This document shows, in pieces, positions 1-12,400 of a DNA stretch of 64,000 nt. The stretch spans positions 78,346,397 to 78,410,396 of the forward strand of contig CM097887.1 of NCBI GenBank assembly GCA_044892525.1. The letters run 5' to 3'. Position numbers and translations under genes: made by a program. The notes beneath the pieces were generated by a model that had not been told where the DNA came from, did no database searches, and worked only from the letters and a program-made list of their open reading frames with translations. This DNA is from Schmidtea polychroa (taxonomy: Eukaryota). Each line of letters opens with the position of its first letter. The stretch's first letter is position 1.

Positions 1-2170
1 CATAGTGATCATTATTCCCACTATTATTATAACAATGACTATTGTTAATTAAACTGAGAACAGATTCTGGAAATTCCTAATTTGCAGCTAAATTGTCATG
101 TGTACGAGAAAACGAAAGAGAACTCTCATATATTCAGTCGAAATTATTTCATGCAAATCCAAATTCAGTTCCAGCAATTCCCTCACCAAAGAGAAAGCGC
201 ATACCCAGCCTCGACCGGAGAAAAACAAGCGAAATTGTTTGCGGTGATTGAAAGGCGCCAGAATAATGTGTCAAATAAGTAATCATTTAAAATACTAAAA
301 TGTATAGGAAAGAACTAACAATATTTTCATTTCATCTTGTTATAATTGATTTTTGGTGTTATTAAGTGAAAATTTCACTTATTTGAGCTTAATTTTCTCT
401 ACTATTCGTATTAGTTTCGAATTTTGCGAAATTGTTTAGAAATTTATCAACGGAGAATTAAACACGGTGTAAGCATATACCATGGAATGCCCATGAATCT
501 AAGGAACTTCGGTGCATTAGAAGTCTCAGAAATAAAGCTCGCATCTTATTAGTGGCACAGAACCAAAATTGTACTCGATAGGTACATAGTAGTTACAATT
601 CTTATGTTCGATGTCAAAGAGAAAAGTGAAGATATTATTCAAGTGATTATTAATCTGTTGGACTAAAACCGAGAATTGAGAGTTTGTTTTAATGAATCGG
701 AAATACATAACATAAAAACCGCACCAAGTTAAATTAAAATTCATGATCATACACCAAATAATACAAAATAAAGTACTGTTGAAGTCTGTAAGTTAAAATA
801 AATTTAAATGAAATTTAGGTTGGTAATTTAAATAAAAAGTAAGTGAAGAAAAAAGACAAATAAAAGCGTGATCATGCACAGAATTGATAGTAAAGGAAGG
901 TACGATGGAAGCAGTATTAGGAAAAATCCGAGAAAAATCAATAAATTGTAAAATCATCGAAATCGAATTAGGAAAACGGGACAGCTATAGATTAGCTAAT
1001 GGTCAACAAGATGATGATTAGGAAGTTATCAAAAAATGGTTAGGAAGGGTCGAAAACCATTCAAATGTGTTAAAACAGAAAACGTTAATTAATTAATTAA
1101 TTGGCTAATAGAAAACCCGAGCCAATGGAGAACCCGAGATATGAAGGAAACATAAGCTGGGCAAACAAAGAGAAAAGAAAACAGAAGGAAGATTTGGGTC
1201 CATTAGCGTGACACAATGATTAATTGGAAAAGAGCAAAAAGAAGATGGTGGGTTCAGAAAGGCCGGATGGGCCATTAATTATCTTCGTTCGTTGGACCAT
1301 TATGGGTGACAGCGGAAGCAAATATGTGGATTCGAATGTCAAGTGAGAGATTGGCTCGGCAATAACCATTTGTCATCCCGATATCGAAGAGTATACAAGA
1401 AATGGGGAAATCAGAGCCAATCGGCATTTTGCCTCAGTTAGGGTAAGAAGAAACGAGACTAGGCGAAAGATGAAAACTAATTAAAGAAATTAGGGAAAAG
1501 AAGATATAGAATAGGAATACGAAAAGGTGAAAAAGGATCGAATCAAAGAGAAAAAGGAAGACGTTGGTCGAGAGAACCTAAGGAAATAAAAGTTGAATAT
1601 TATATTTTGTCAAAGCATCAACGCCGTGCTGAGAATCGGTCAAACTTAACTTTGATTATTGATTGTTTATTTTTGAGCATATTTTGTGATACAAATATAC
1701 GTTGGGTAGTTCATTGTTTGATTAAAAGGACACGAGGAGTCAGAGGTTACCGACTTAAATTAACTAAAACCCAACAGTACATAACACATTGAGAATAAAT
1801 AAAACACATATAATAAAATAAAGGAACGCAAGAAGTTGCAATCACTAACACAGTTAAGAGAAAAATAAAGCATTCAAAAAATCTATTAATTAGAAAAATA
1901 AAAGAATAATAAATAAATTTAAAATTGAAACTAAAAATATTTCCAGTAAAACTGATAAGAATTAAAATAAAATTAGTTAAAATTATGTAAATCATGAAGT
2001 TGATAAAATTAAACGATTGAAATTAATAAAAAATTAAAATAAAACTAGCTAAATATATTTAAATTATAAATTTATAAAATTAAATTGTGATTTTGATTAA
2101 TTAAATTAATTAAATTAAAAAATAAATAATTACATACACTCATGTGTGTGCAAAAGAAATTCAAATCTAC

Positions 2171-3049
2171 TGCATTCTAATTGGATACACCCGTTTGCAC
2201 TGAATAAAACGCATCTAAGATATGGGTTGGTATGTACAACCAATTAGAGATGCGTCATTATTTATGATGGAATATTTTGGAATGCATTTGGTTAATTTAA
2301 CTACATGCATTCAGTTTAACTACTTATTTAGCTATTTTATATAGGTATTTTAACTATTTGTATTTAGCAATTTTAGAAATGGCTTTCAAGTAATGTTTTT
2401 TATTTAAAGTAAATTTTAAGACTTGAATTTCGATCCATATAGATATGAGATCATTATTCAAGCTCTTAAATATTACTATTTATCAACATTTTTATTATTT
2501 ATAATTAAATTTCAAGGTTTTTAACATTTTGATGAAGTTTTTTAGAATTATTTCGATATAATGTAAGTCAGATATATTTTTAACTATAAATAAACATTTT
2601 TAAAGGCATTTATTAGTCGAATTTTGTCATATTCTATTAAAAAGACTAATATTAAATTTATTAAAAATTGAAGATTAATCTTACGAAATAATGTCTTTAT
2701 TATCTATACAACTGAAAGTTGAGTTTTCGGAATTTTCGTCAAAATTTTATCGGTCATTTTTTTGTAAAAATTTCTAAAAATGTCTGTAAATGATTTATTA
2801 TAGTGCGTTTATTCATTACAACGATTCTACATATCGAAAATTTGTATGTATTTTTCAATATGTGTTGTGTTTTTGCGTGTCAGTTTATTTTTTCTATCAC
2901 TTTCTTACTTTCCATATTATTCATTGCAACGCTAAAAATCAACACACAGGTAAGTTTGTATGTTTATATAATATACACGTATTGATTTTATTTTTACATT
3001 ATAGATGCATTTGTTCACTGCAAACGAGTGTATAGTAGCAGAGAATGCA
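2171..3049. repeat. Pair of imperfect ~47-bp inverted repeats (2171-2217 / 3002-3049), possibly ends of an old non-autonomous DNA element
   Basis: Reverse complement of 2171-2217 (tagatgcgttttattcagtgcaaacgggtgtat..agaatgca) aligns with 3002-3049 (tagatgcatttgttcactgcaaacgagtgtat..agaatgca). No TSD found. Confidence 0.55.
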
Positions 3050-3959
3050 TAGGCGTGCAGTCGAAATCGGTATAAATACCGATGGAAAATTCATTTAATT
3101 TAACCAGAACAACAACAACACTAAAACTAACTTCAGCTTAATTAAACTGTTTATGCAGCTCTCAGTTTTTCGTTTCATGCCATCGGGGTAAGTTGGATTT
3201 GATTTTAGTAATTTCATGTAAAGTATAATTTTATATTGGTCATAATTTTATGTAATGTCATGATTTAATAAAACTTTATATTCAATTCAATTTAGTTAAT
3301 TTTTTGTCTTGTTCTTTTTATTGTTTATTTTGGTTTTTTTTAATTTTAAGTAATATTCATAGTTTACACGAATGTTATTCGATTTGATTTTTATGAATTT
3401 TGGATGGACAGCGGATGTTTCAATAGTTTGGAGTATTGTTTTAAATAGAGGTAACAGAGGACGGGTCCCTCACCATTATTTTGATAAATTTTATGGAGTT
3501 AGGAGCGGCGATAGAGTAACTGAGATCGATTGGAAGTAGATAAGGTTCAGTTTGGGCAATACTATAAAATATATGAGTGGTTAGGGTGTTAAGTAGGTTC
3601 AGAATTGAAAATATAAGCAGTTCCTTGCTCAAAACCTTTAAATATAGGGTGAATATTCACAGGTATTGTATAGAATAAAAGAATCACATTTATTAACTCA
3701 AAAATAACGGCGAATCCCTGTGAAAAATTTTGGGAGATGACATTAGAAGCATCTAGTAGTGAGGGCCATAATTACATGAATCAGCAACAATAATCTCAGA
3801 AAAGTATAGATAATGACGTAAAATCTTCTATCGGCAGTCTAGAACCCGAAAATGAAAATATCATGATAAGCAGTTTTAGCGATAGAACTCACCTGCTCAT
3901 GAATTTTCAACCACTGTGTACATCACCAACATGGTCATCGCCATGGGTACACAGATGGT

Positions 3960-5409
3960 ATAAAGACAATAATCATGAATGATGGGCAAACAGGTTATGT
4001 TAATTGATCTTAAAAATGCTTATCTTCAGATACATGTTGATGAAGACCTATGGGAGTACCAAAGGGTTAGTTACAAAGGGAACGGATACTTTCTAACGAG
4101 ACTCGGTTTTGGTTTAAATGTGGCTCCGAAAATAATGTCAACAATATTACGGAAGGTACTGAATTTAAGAGAAGATATCAGGAAAGCAACGGATGACATT
4201 GTCTAAATTATTGTTGACATTATTGTCAACCAGTCAAGAATAAACGTCAATTAAGTAATAAGCCATTTAGCAGCATGCGGGCTAATCAAAGCCATCGGAA
4301 GAGTTCGATGATGCAAGAGTGCCAGGTCTCCAGTTTCAAACAAGTATTAACGGTCATACGTGGCATCATAAAACATTTTGCCACACAGTGCGTTTACAAC
4401 TATATTAAGAAGGGAGTTATTTTCCCTCTGCGGTCAACTCGTTGGGCACTATCCCGTTGCTGGATGGTTAAGTGTAGCAAGTAGCTATATAAAACGACAC
4501 AGTGTTGGAAGTAAGTGGGATGATACGATTGGAAAAATCACGTTAAAAATGGTTAACGAAATGATGTATCGTGTGAAAGAGAGCGATCCCGTGACTGGTG
4601 AGTGGCACTTAAACAAGGACGGATCTACGATTGTCTGGTGCGATGCGAGCAATCTTGCATTAGGAGTTGCGTTAGAAATATCAGGAGAAATCGTCGAAGA
4701 TGCATCATGGATGAGGAAGAAAAAAGATTTTACTCATATAAACATTGCAGAATTAGACGCTGTTATAAAGGGAATTAACTTAGCTATCAGCTGCGAAAGA
4801 AGCAACTTAGTTGTAGTAACAGATTCTGCTACCGTCAGGAGTTGGATAGATTCAGTTTTAACGGATACTGCCAGAATCCGAACTCATGGAATTGCTGAGA
4901 TGCTAGTCCGAAGACGTCTGCAGATCATTTGTGAATTACGAAAAAGCTATGACTTAACGATCTCAGTTGAGTTTGTCCCGACAGATAAAACAAAGCAGAT
5001 GCACTCACAAGAGTCAGTAATAAATGGCTAAGATGGGTTAAATCGTGTGTCGAACCAACTGCAAGCACTGTTGCTGTTGTGAGCCAAGTGTTCCGAGAAA
5101 GTCATAGACAGCACCATTTCGGTGCCAAGAAGACGTTGTATTTTGCAAAGCAACTTTGCCCGGACGTTACACTTGAGGAATTAGTGAATGTTCAGAATGT
5201 CAATCTATCGATCCGGCGCCTGTAAAACGGGAGCATGGAGAGTTAAGCGTCAGTGGAGAACAACGACGATGATGGATTAACAGACGTAGGCAATCCTACA
5301 CTCAACTCACTTCGCCGAGATGAACGTAGAGGCAGGACGAAAAGACCTCGATATCTCGATGATTTTGAAACCAGTTTTATCGAGAACGAAGATGAAAATC
5401 ACGCGGAGA
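3960..5409 (+). mobile_element. Degenerate Ty3/Gypsy-type LTR retrotransposon pol (RT-RNaseH-integrase zinc finger; core deleted)
   Basis: ORF 3979 has RT motif IDLKNAYLQI..RLGFGLNVAPKIM. ORF 4378 has RNase H VWCDAS..HINIAELDAV..TDS. 5100-5250 reads H-HHFG..C..CQSIDPAP (HHCC) across a frameshift. The pol tail RRDER..RPRYLDDF is followed by TGTAA at 5410. Confidence 0.85.
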
Positions 5410-5600
5410 TGTAATTGCATAGTTAAATTTGTTTTAATATGCAGATTTGTGATAAAAATAGAATTTAAAAAACGTTGTGATTTCCTTGTGTCAATAAAAC
5501 TACAGAAATTATACAATATTTCATAAAACTTGGAATTATGACGTTAACTTTTGAACCGGATTTTAAAAATAATTTAGAAGATGTGTCAGCAGCTTCTAAA
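5410..5600 (+). mobile_element. LTR-like segment (TG..CA, 5410-5523) followed by the 5' end of a gag related to the element at 16.5-20.8 kb
   Basis: 5538 ATG ACG TTA ACT TTT GAA CCG GAT TTT AAA AAT AAT TTA GAA GAT GTG (MTLTFEPDFKNNLEDVSAASK) matches minus-strand ORF 20322-20561 ([21 protein letters not shown]). Both are preceded by tggaatt. Confidence 0.75.
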
Positions 5601-5887
5601 ATATTGAACTAGTCACTGTGTAAGGAAATTTTGAAGATTAAGCACTATAAAAAATAAATAAAAAATATTTAAATAATAAAATAAAATGTAAAGTAACTTT
5701 TCCACATATTTAATTTAGTTTGAAAAAAAATGCTTGATATAAAACACATTACAAATCATACAATACAAATTAAAATGATAAAAGTTAAGTTCTTGTTTAA
5801 GTAATACCAAATTTCAAGGCCATCATAACTTAAGATTGAACATTATTTGCTACATAATGAATTTCAAATTGTAATTTTCGATAACTA

Positions 5888-6463
5888 ATGTTTTTAAATT
5901 ACAAAATGCATAATTCTCAGAGCATGCCAAATAAAATTAAAGATGACCTTGATATAAACAATATCAAAAAAGATAAAAGTGAAACAAAAATTGTTCGTCA
6001 AGAAAGTTTGCGGTATATTCTATATTATCATAAAAATATTTGAATATTTTATTAATTAGTGCTATTAATATGCCCAGACCTGTAGTAGCTTCGATAAACG
6101 AATTTGTCATAAATCAAGGAGGAAACCGCCCCATTAAAAAGGTAATTAAATCGTAATTTCTATTAAAGTTAAGTAATTCATAAATAACTCATGTTAAACA
6201 TTTGCTTTTTCTAGATTCTAATTGCTAACAATGGCATAGCCGCAGTGAAATGCATTCGATCTATACGAAGTTGGGCCTATGAAACATTTAAGGACCAACA
6301 TGCAATCCGTTTTGTGTGTATGGTAACTCCAGAAGACACAAATGCGAATGCTGAGTATATAAAAATGTCAGATAAAATCGAAACGGTTCCCGGAGGATCT
6401 AATCAATACAATTACGCCAATGTCGATTTGATACTCGATGTTGCCCTCCGCACTAAAGTTGAT
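5888..6463 (+). CDS. ACC: ACC exons 1-3 (N-terminal extension and start of biotin carboxylase domain)
   Basis: Exon 1 5888-6012 (in-frame ATGs at 5888, 5906, 5924; stop just upstream) reads ...KIVRQESLR. Exon 2 6060-6141 [20 protein letters not shown]. Exon 3 6215-6463 [13 protein letters not shown]...RTKVD. Introns 47 and 73 bp. Exons 2-3 are certain; exon 1 is inferred from the open frame and splice phase. Confidence 0.85.
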
Positions 6464-9400
6464 GTAAGTAAGATATGCTGGGAAATGAATTTAAAAATAA
6501 GAAAACAAATTTATAATTATTATCGAGTACAACGATAAATTGTTTTTTTTAAAAGATTGATAAATTATATATAATATTTAAATTAAATTCAAAAGTTTAT
6601 TGGAATATTTTATTATTAATAATAATAATATTAATAAATAATAATAAAAATAAAAATAAAATAATTTTTAATAAAAATTATTAAATATAGTAATAATCTA
6701 CATGCAAATTTCATACATTAGTTGTTCATACATTAGCCAATTGCAGGCCAAGTTGTTCTATGTTGCTCCATTTTTCTCCAAAAATACATAGAAAAACAAA
6801 ATGGAACTTTTGTCCATATTTCACTTTGTTACAAAGTTTAATAAATACATCGTTTAAACATATAAAAAGTCGTTTTGCTCTCTGCTAAATTTTAACATGA
6901 AAAACAGGTAAATGTTTTTTTAGTGTCTTATTTAAATAAGCATTGTTGTCGTTATAGTTATTTTTTAGCTTACCACAATAATATTTTACTAATTTATTAA
7001 TTTAATAATCAATTTAATAATCAATTTAATAATCAATTTAATAATTTAATGATCAATTTAATAATATAATGATCAATTTAATAATTTCTCAATCAAAAAA
7101 TTTGAAACAAGTACTATAACAGCCTGTTAACCCTTACAACACTCCTGGGATATATTTTATATTCCAAACAATACTGAAGAAATAAAATTCAGAGTTGAAA
7201 GGGTTAAACTTGTTTTGTTAAGTAAATGCTTTTTAAAATTTTTCTAGCTATTTTTTATCGGTACTTTTCTTCCTATTTACTAGTCAGGCGGGTACCGAAA
7301 AATTTCCATATTTTAAGTGTAGGAGCTCTGTCCATATTTTTCTAATAAAATTAAATAATTTTAGTCTTAGTGTATTCCAAATTCCAATAAATAATGAATT
7401 TGAGTATATGTTCAATAACTGATTGTTATGTTTTTCTAGACTTGATGAGATATAAATGTCACAATAACATGTTTCAAAATTTTACAAATGAAGGAAATTA
7501 GAATAACTTTAATACGTTACTACAATGTTCATTAAATGAGTTTATAATTAAAATGGTCGGAAACAAAAAAACTAATGGTTAAGTATTAAGGTTAAAATCA
7601 ATATGTGGATATATATATATATATATATGCTGTCAGACATCAAAATTTACTGTCGATTTGATATCAAATACAACACAAAGGAAAAAATTTTATGATAAAC
7701 ACTTAATAATAAAAAACTAATATTATTTTATAAAGATAATGAGCAATAGACAATTTATGCACTTTAATTTTATATTTTATCATAACAATCGTGAAAATAT
7801 GCGTCTAAAATGTGTGAAATTTGGTGAATGAACAATGCAAAATAATTACAGATTGATAAAAAATGTCAACTTTAAAAAATACTAATTTCACGATATTAGA
7901 TACTAAATTGGTATTGGATTAATTAATTTAATTACGATTTAACTTTATTACTATTTAACTTTTAATAACGATGACGATTAACATTTTCACTTTCAGGCAG
8001 TTTGGGCAGGATGGGGTCATGCTTCCGAGAATCCGAAATTGCCGGAAATTCTTTACAAACACAATATAATATTCATAGGTTTATAAACCAATTTATTAAT
8101 ATTAATTTCATTGTAATGGCATTGACCAGGTCCACCACATGAAGCCATGTGGTGTCTAGGAGACAAGGTAGCATCAACAATTATTGCACAAAGCACCAAT
8201 ATCCCGACTTTGCCATGGAGTGGTAACGGTGAGTTTAGATTTTGTTTTGAATCATAAAACCCAAATATCATCCAACAGTGTCAGAGTACAGTTATCACAA
8301 ATAATATACTGACGCATGAAAATATTACTCCTGAAACGCTTGTATTTTGGACTCATTCTATAGTGGATTTTGATTCAACCTAGATTATCATAATGTTTCA
8401 TTTTTTTCTCTTCATACAATAAATCTAAAATTATCCTTTTAACTTCGTCTATATTCTTCAAAATTTTTAGAAAGTTTTAAAATAATTTTTTTATCGAAAT
8501 AATGAGCTAATCAGTAAGCATTACTTATTGATATTTTGTCCTATATGAAATGCTAATTTATGTGATAAAATTTTAAAATCAGAATACAAATTTATCAATC
8601 AAAATTTGAACTATTATTACGATTAATCGGTCATCTAATGTGGATTTCTTTGATGTCAAGATATCATCAAATTAAAAGTTAAGAAGTTAGTAAATTAATT
8701 TCAAACAGCTCGAAAATGACTCTAGCATTGTTTAAAACAAGCAAATTAATGCATTTAGCAATATAATATTAATTATATGTATTTAAATTAATTTTATTGC
8801 ATAATTATTTAATTTAAAGACAAAGAAAAATTAAAAAGCGGATAAAACGTCTTGCAAAAATAACGTTTTCATCAAAAAACTAAGATTTTTCACCGCTGTT
8901 GATTGTTTAAATTTATTTTCGTATTTAAATTTAAATTAATAAGTAAAATAATATTTAAGTATTTTTTAAAACGAGGGTATTTTGGCAATTTTAAAAATTT
9001 TCCGTGACTCACCATTTGCCCATCACTGATTTAGATTGAAAATTAAGATAAAGTAAATCGATTACAAAATATAAATCCAATTGGAACTTACTTTCATTTA
9101 TATAAACAAACTACAAACTAAAAAAATGTTAGAAAATAAATCAATATTTGTATACGGAAGAAAAGAAAAGAAATATTCTCTTTATAAATGTTTAAAATTT
9201 TTATTCTTAACCATTTGAAGTTCTTTTAGACAATATCGCATTAAATATTTACTCTAAATTTCACACTATCGCATTAAATATTTACTCTAAATTTCACACT
9301 ATCGCATAAAACAGTGTTACTCAACCGAAAACGTACTGCTGACCAAAAATCTATTTATTCTTTGTACGCGGACCAATTTTTTTTCTTATTTAACAAAAAT

Positions 9401-12400
9401 TTAATTCTTATCGTAATGAATATAAATGAAATTTCAAAGAAAAAAAACAGATCAAACGTAAACGAAAAATAAATAATTTTACTGATAATTCTTTGCATTT
9501 ATAAACCAAAATTTATGCTAGTTTTTTTCAATATTAATTTTTTGTTCTAGTTTATTGATTAATATTTTTTAAATTAAAATTTTTAGATCAATTTTCCGTA
9601 AAACCTTCTACCTAATATCTAAAATCAAACACGTTCGATTTATTACACTAATTATTAATATAGAATCTCATTTGTCTTCATTTAGTTTATGATTGTGGAT
9701 CTATGTTCCTTTTATAGTCAAAAACTTCATAAAATTCTCAATGAAATAAACTTCAATAATTAATAAAACGATAAATTATATTACATTAAATCTCACCTGG
9801 TCATTTATTATATTGAATTATTTAAACCCTGACCCTAACATTACCAATTTTTTGGTTTTTTTTCTGAATTTTTACTGTCTATATTAGTATCCGATTGAAA
9901 CATTGGCGTTCGTTTTTTTATCTGTATTCGTTTCAATAACGCATTATTGGGAATAAATTTTAAGGACTTACTATTCCTATCCAACCTTCCAGTCCGGTAA
10001 AGTATGTTCTAGAATCTTCAAATAGGCAGCGTCATTCATTGGAAATGGACGGATATCCCGCATCATATAATTTGCGTAAAATTGCCCCCGATATTCCTCA
10101 AGATCTATATTATCAAGCTTGCGTATCAGATCCGAATGAAGCTTTAGAAAAAGCCACCAAAATTGGATTTCCTATAATGATTAAAGCATCAGAAGGTGGT
10201 GGAGGAAAGGGTATTCGTAAAGCATCAAGCTCGGAGAATTTTCAAAGCTTATTTATTCAAGTCCTAATATTAGATTAAATTTAGAAATATAAAAAAGTTT
10301 TAGGTTCAAAATGAAGTCCCAGGCTCCCCTATATTTCTAATGAAATTTGCTGACCATGCTCGGCATCTGGAAGTTCAAATCCTAGCCGATCAATATGGCC
10401 AGGCCATTAGTTTATTCGGAAGGGATTGTTCTGTTCAGCGTAGGCATCAGAAAATTTTAGAAGAAGCTCCTGTAATTGTGGCTCCTGAAGAGGTCTTTGA
10501 ACAAATGGAAAAGGTAAATAAAATTTAATATGATATCTATGTAAACTACGAGTGTTTATTAGTCATAATAATATTTAATAAATGCAAATTCTTAAACATA
10601 TGCAAAAAACTGGAACGCCCCATTAGTTTCACACTTTGATATTGTATTAGAACTAATTTCCCACATAGCTTTTAATTAAAAAAAATATTTTAATAATAAA
10701 ATCAGTAAAGTATTTTACTTTTTTTAGTTTCAATTTACTTTTTATCTAGATCAACATTTCACATTTAACGAGAAAAAAGAAAAACGACTTTGGAAGGAAA
10801 AACAAACAATAAACCTATGGTGAAAAGATAAATAAGAAAAATATTTAATTATTTAATTAAAAAATAAATGTGCAAAAAAATTATAAAAAAGCCTGTTAAC
10901 AACGGTAAAACTGTGATGAAAGGAGAAAAATAAAATCTACTAAAAAAGAAAAAATGGGTGTTCTGAAAAAAGAATAGAAAACTTTTCTTGCGAATGAGGC
11001 AGAATTTTTCTATTAATTATTATAGCTGTAACTTAATTTGGAAATCACATAGTTTCAAATGATTAAANNNNNNNNNNNNNNNNNNNNNNNNNNNNNNNNN
11101 NNNNNNNNNNNNNNNNNNNNNNNNNNNNNNNNNNNNNNNNNNNNNNNNNNNNNNNNNNNNNNNNNNNNNNNNNNNNNNNNNNNNNNNNNNNNNNNNNNNN
11201 NNNNNNNNNNNNNNNNNNNNNNNNNNNNNNNNNNNNNNNTAGAGGTATTTAAGGCAAAAACATTGGATTTTTAGAAAATGGTAAAAACGATTCTATCAAT
11301 GGGGTTTTGATATCTATCTTACTTCATTATGTTGAAATATTTTATCCACATCAAACTCGCTCGAACGTTGACTGAATTAAAACATAAAATATAAATGGAT
11401 TAAATAACATACACCGGAAAATAGTTCATGATTAGTACAATTACCCGCAATGAGAGCAGTTATACTGATAAATTAAATGCCATGCATTTATAATGGACTG
11501 TAAACAAATAATTTAACACACCCTTTGTGGGAATAAACATTTTTGTTATTCATATAATTAGTCTATCTACAATATTCTGACGTAGTTTCATGTATTGTTA
11601 TTTATTAAAAATAATTAATACTAATGCTATCAGAGGAAGTAACTCTTGATCATTAGATTTTCTAAACAGACTGTAAGTATGGTTTCCATCTGTCACGGTT
11701 GAGTTATTGTTTTTATCAAATACTTGTTATAATTCCTAATTATTAGAGCTATATTTCTCGTTACCTCCATAGTTTATTTCATCCACAGTATTCGACATTT
11801 CCAAATTGAATCTGTTATAAGCAGGCAATTTGAACATAATATTGAAGTAGAATTTTTATGTGGTTGCATGGAAAATACACCAATATGTAATTAACTAAAA
11901 ATTCTGTACACTTTTTTCATCACGATGTTTGTAGATAAAGCCGAGTGTATTTCTCTTTTTGCACCGTGATTTTGATTATTATATTCACTGTCCCAATTTG
12001 CAATGTACGTATATTGTATTTTTGTTTTCTAAGTATATTAATTATTCCTTTTTACGACTCTGATATTTTTCCTTCGAAGAACTTATCGTTAACTGTATTT
12101 AACATACGTCATAACAATATGCACATCATATTTGGGGTTGCGAGAGGTATTTGATTTTCTACAAAGTTTCATACAAAAAAAACTAATATGACTAATAAGT
12201 AACAATTGTTTGGAAACACTAAATCCTGATATGAATATAAAATTTCCTCTTTTACAGTCAGCAATCACACTCGCTCAAATAGTTGGTTACGTCAGTGCTG
12301 GCACTGTCGAATATCTTTACGATATGAAAACGCAAAAGTTTTTCTTTCTTGAACTCAATCCTCGCTTACAAGTAGAACACCCCTGCACCGAAGTTGTTAC

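Noticed and set aside
3430-3640. Possible LINE (CR1/L2) 3' relic on the minus strand
   Set aside because: Only vague resemblance in broken frames (LLYRRS.LHKIY); not enough to call.
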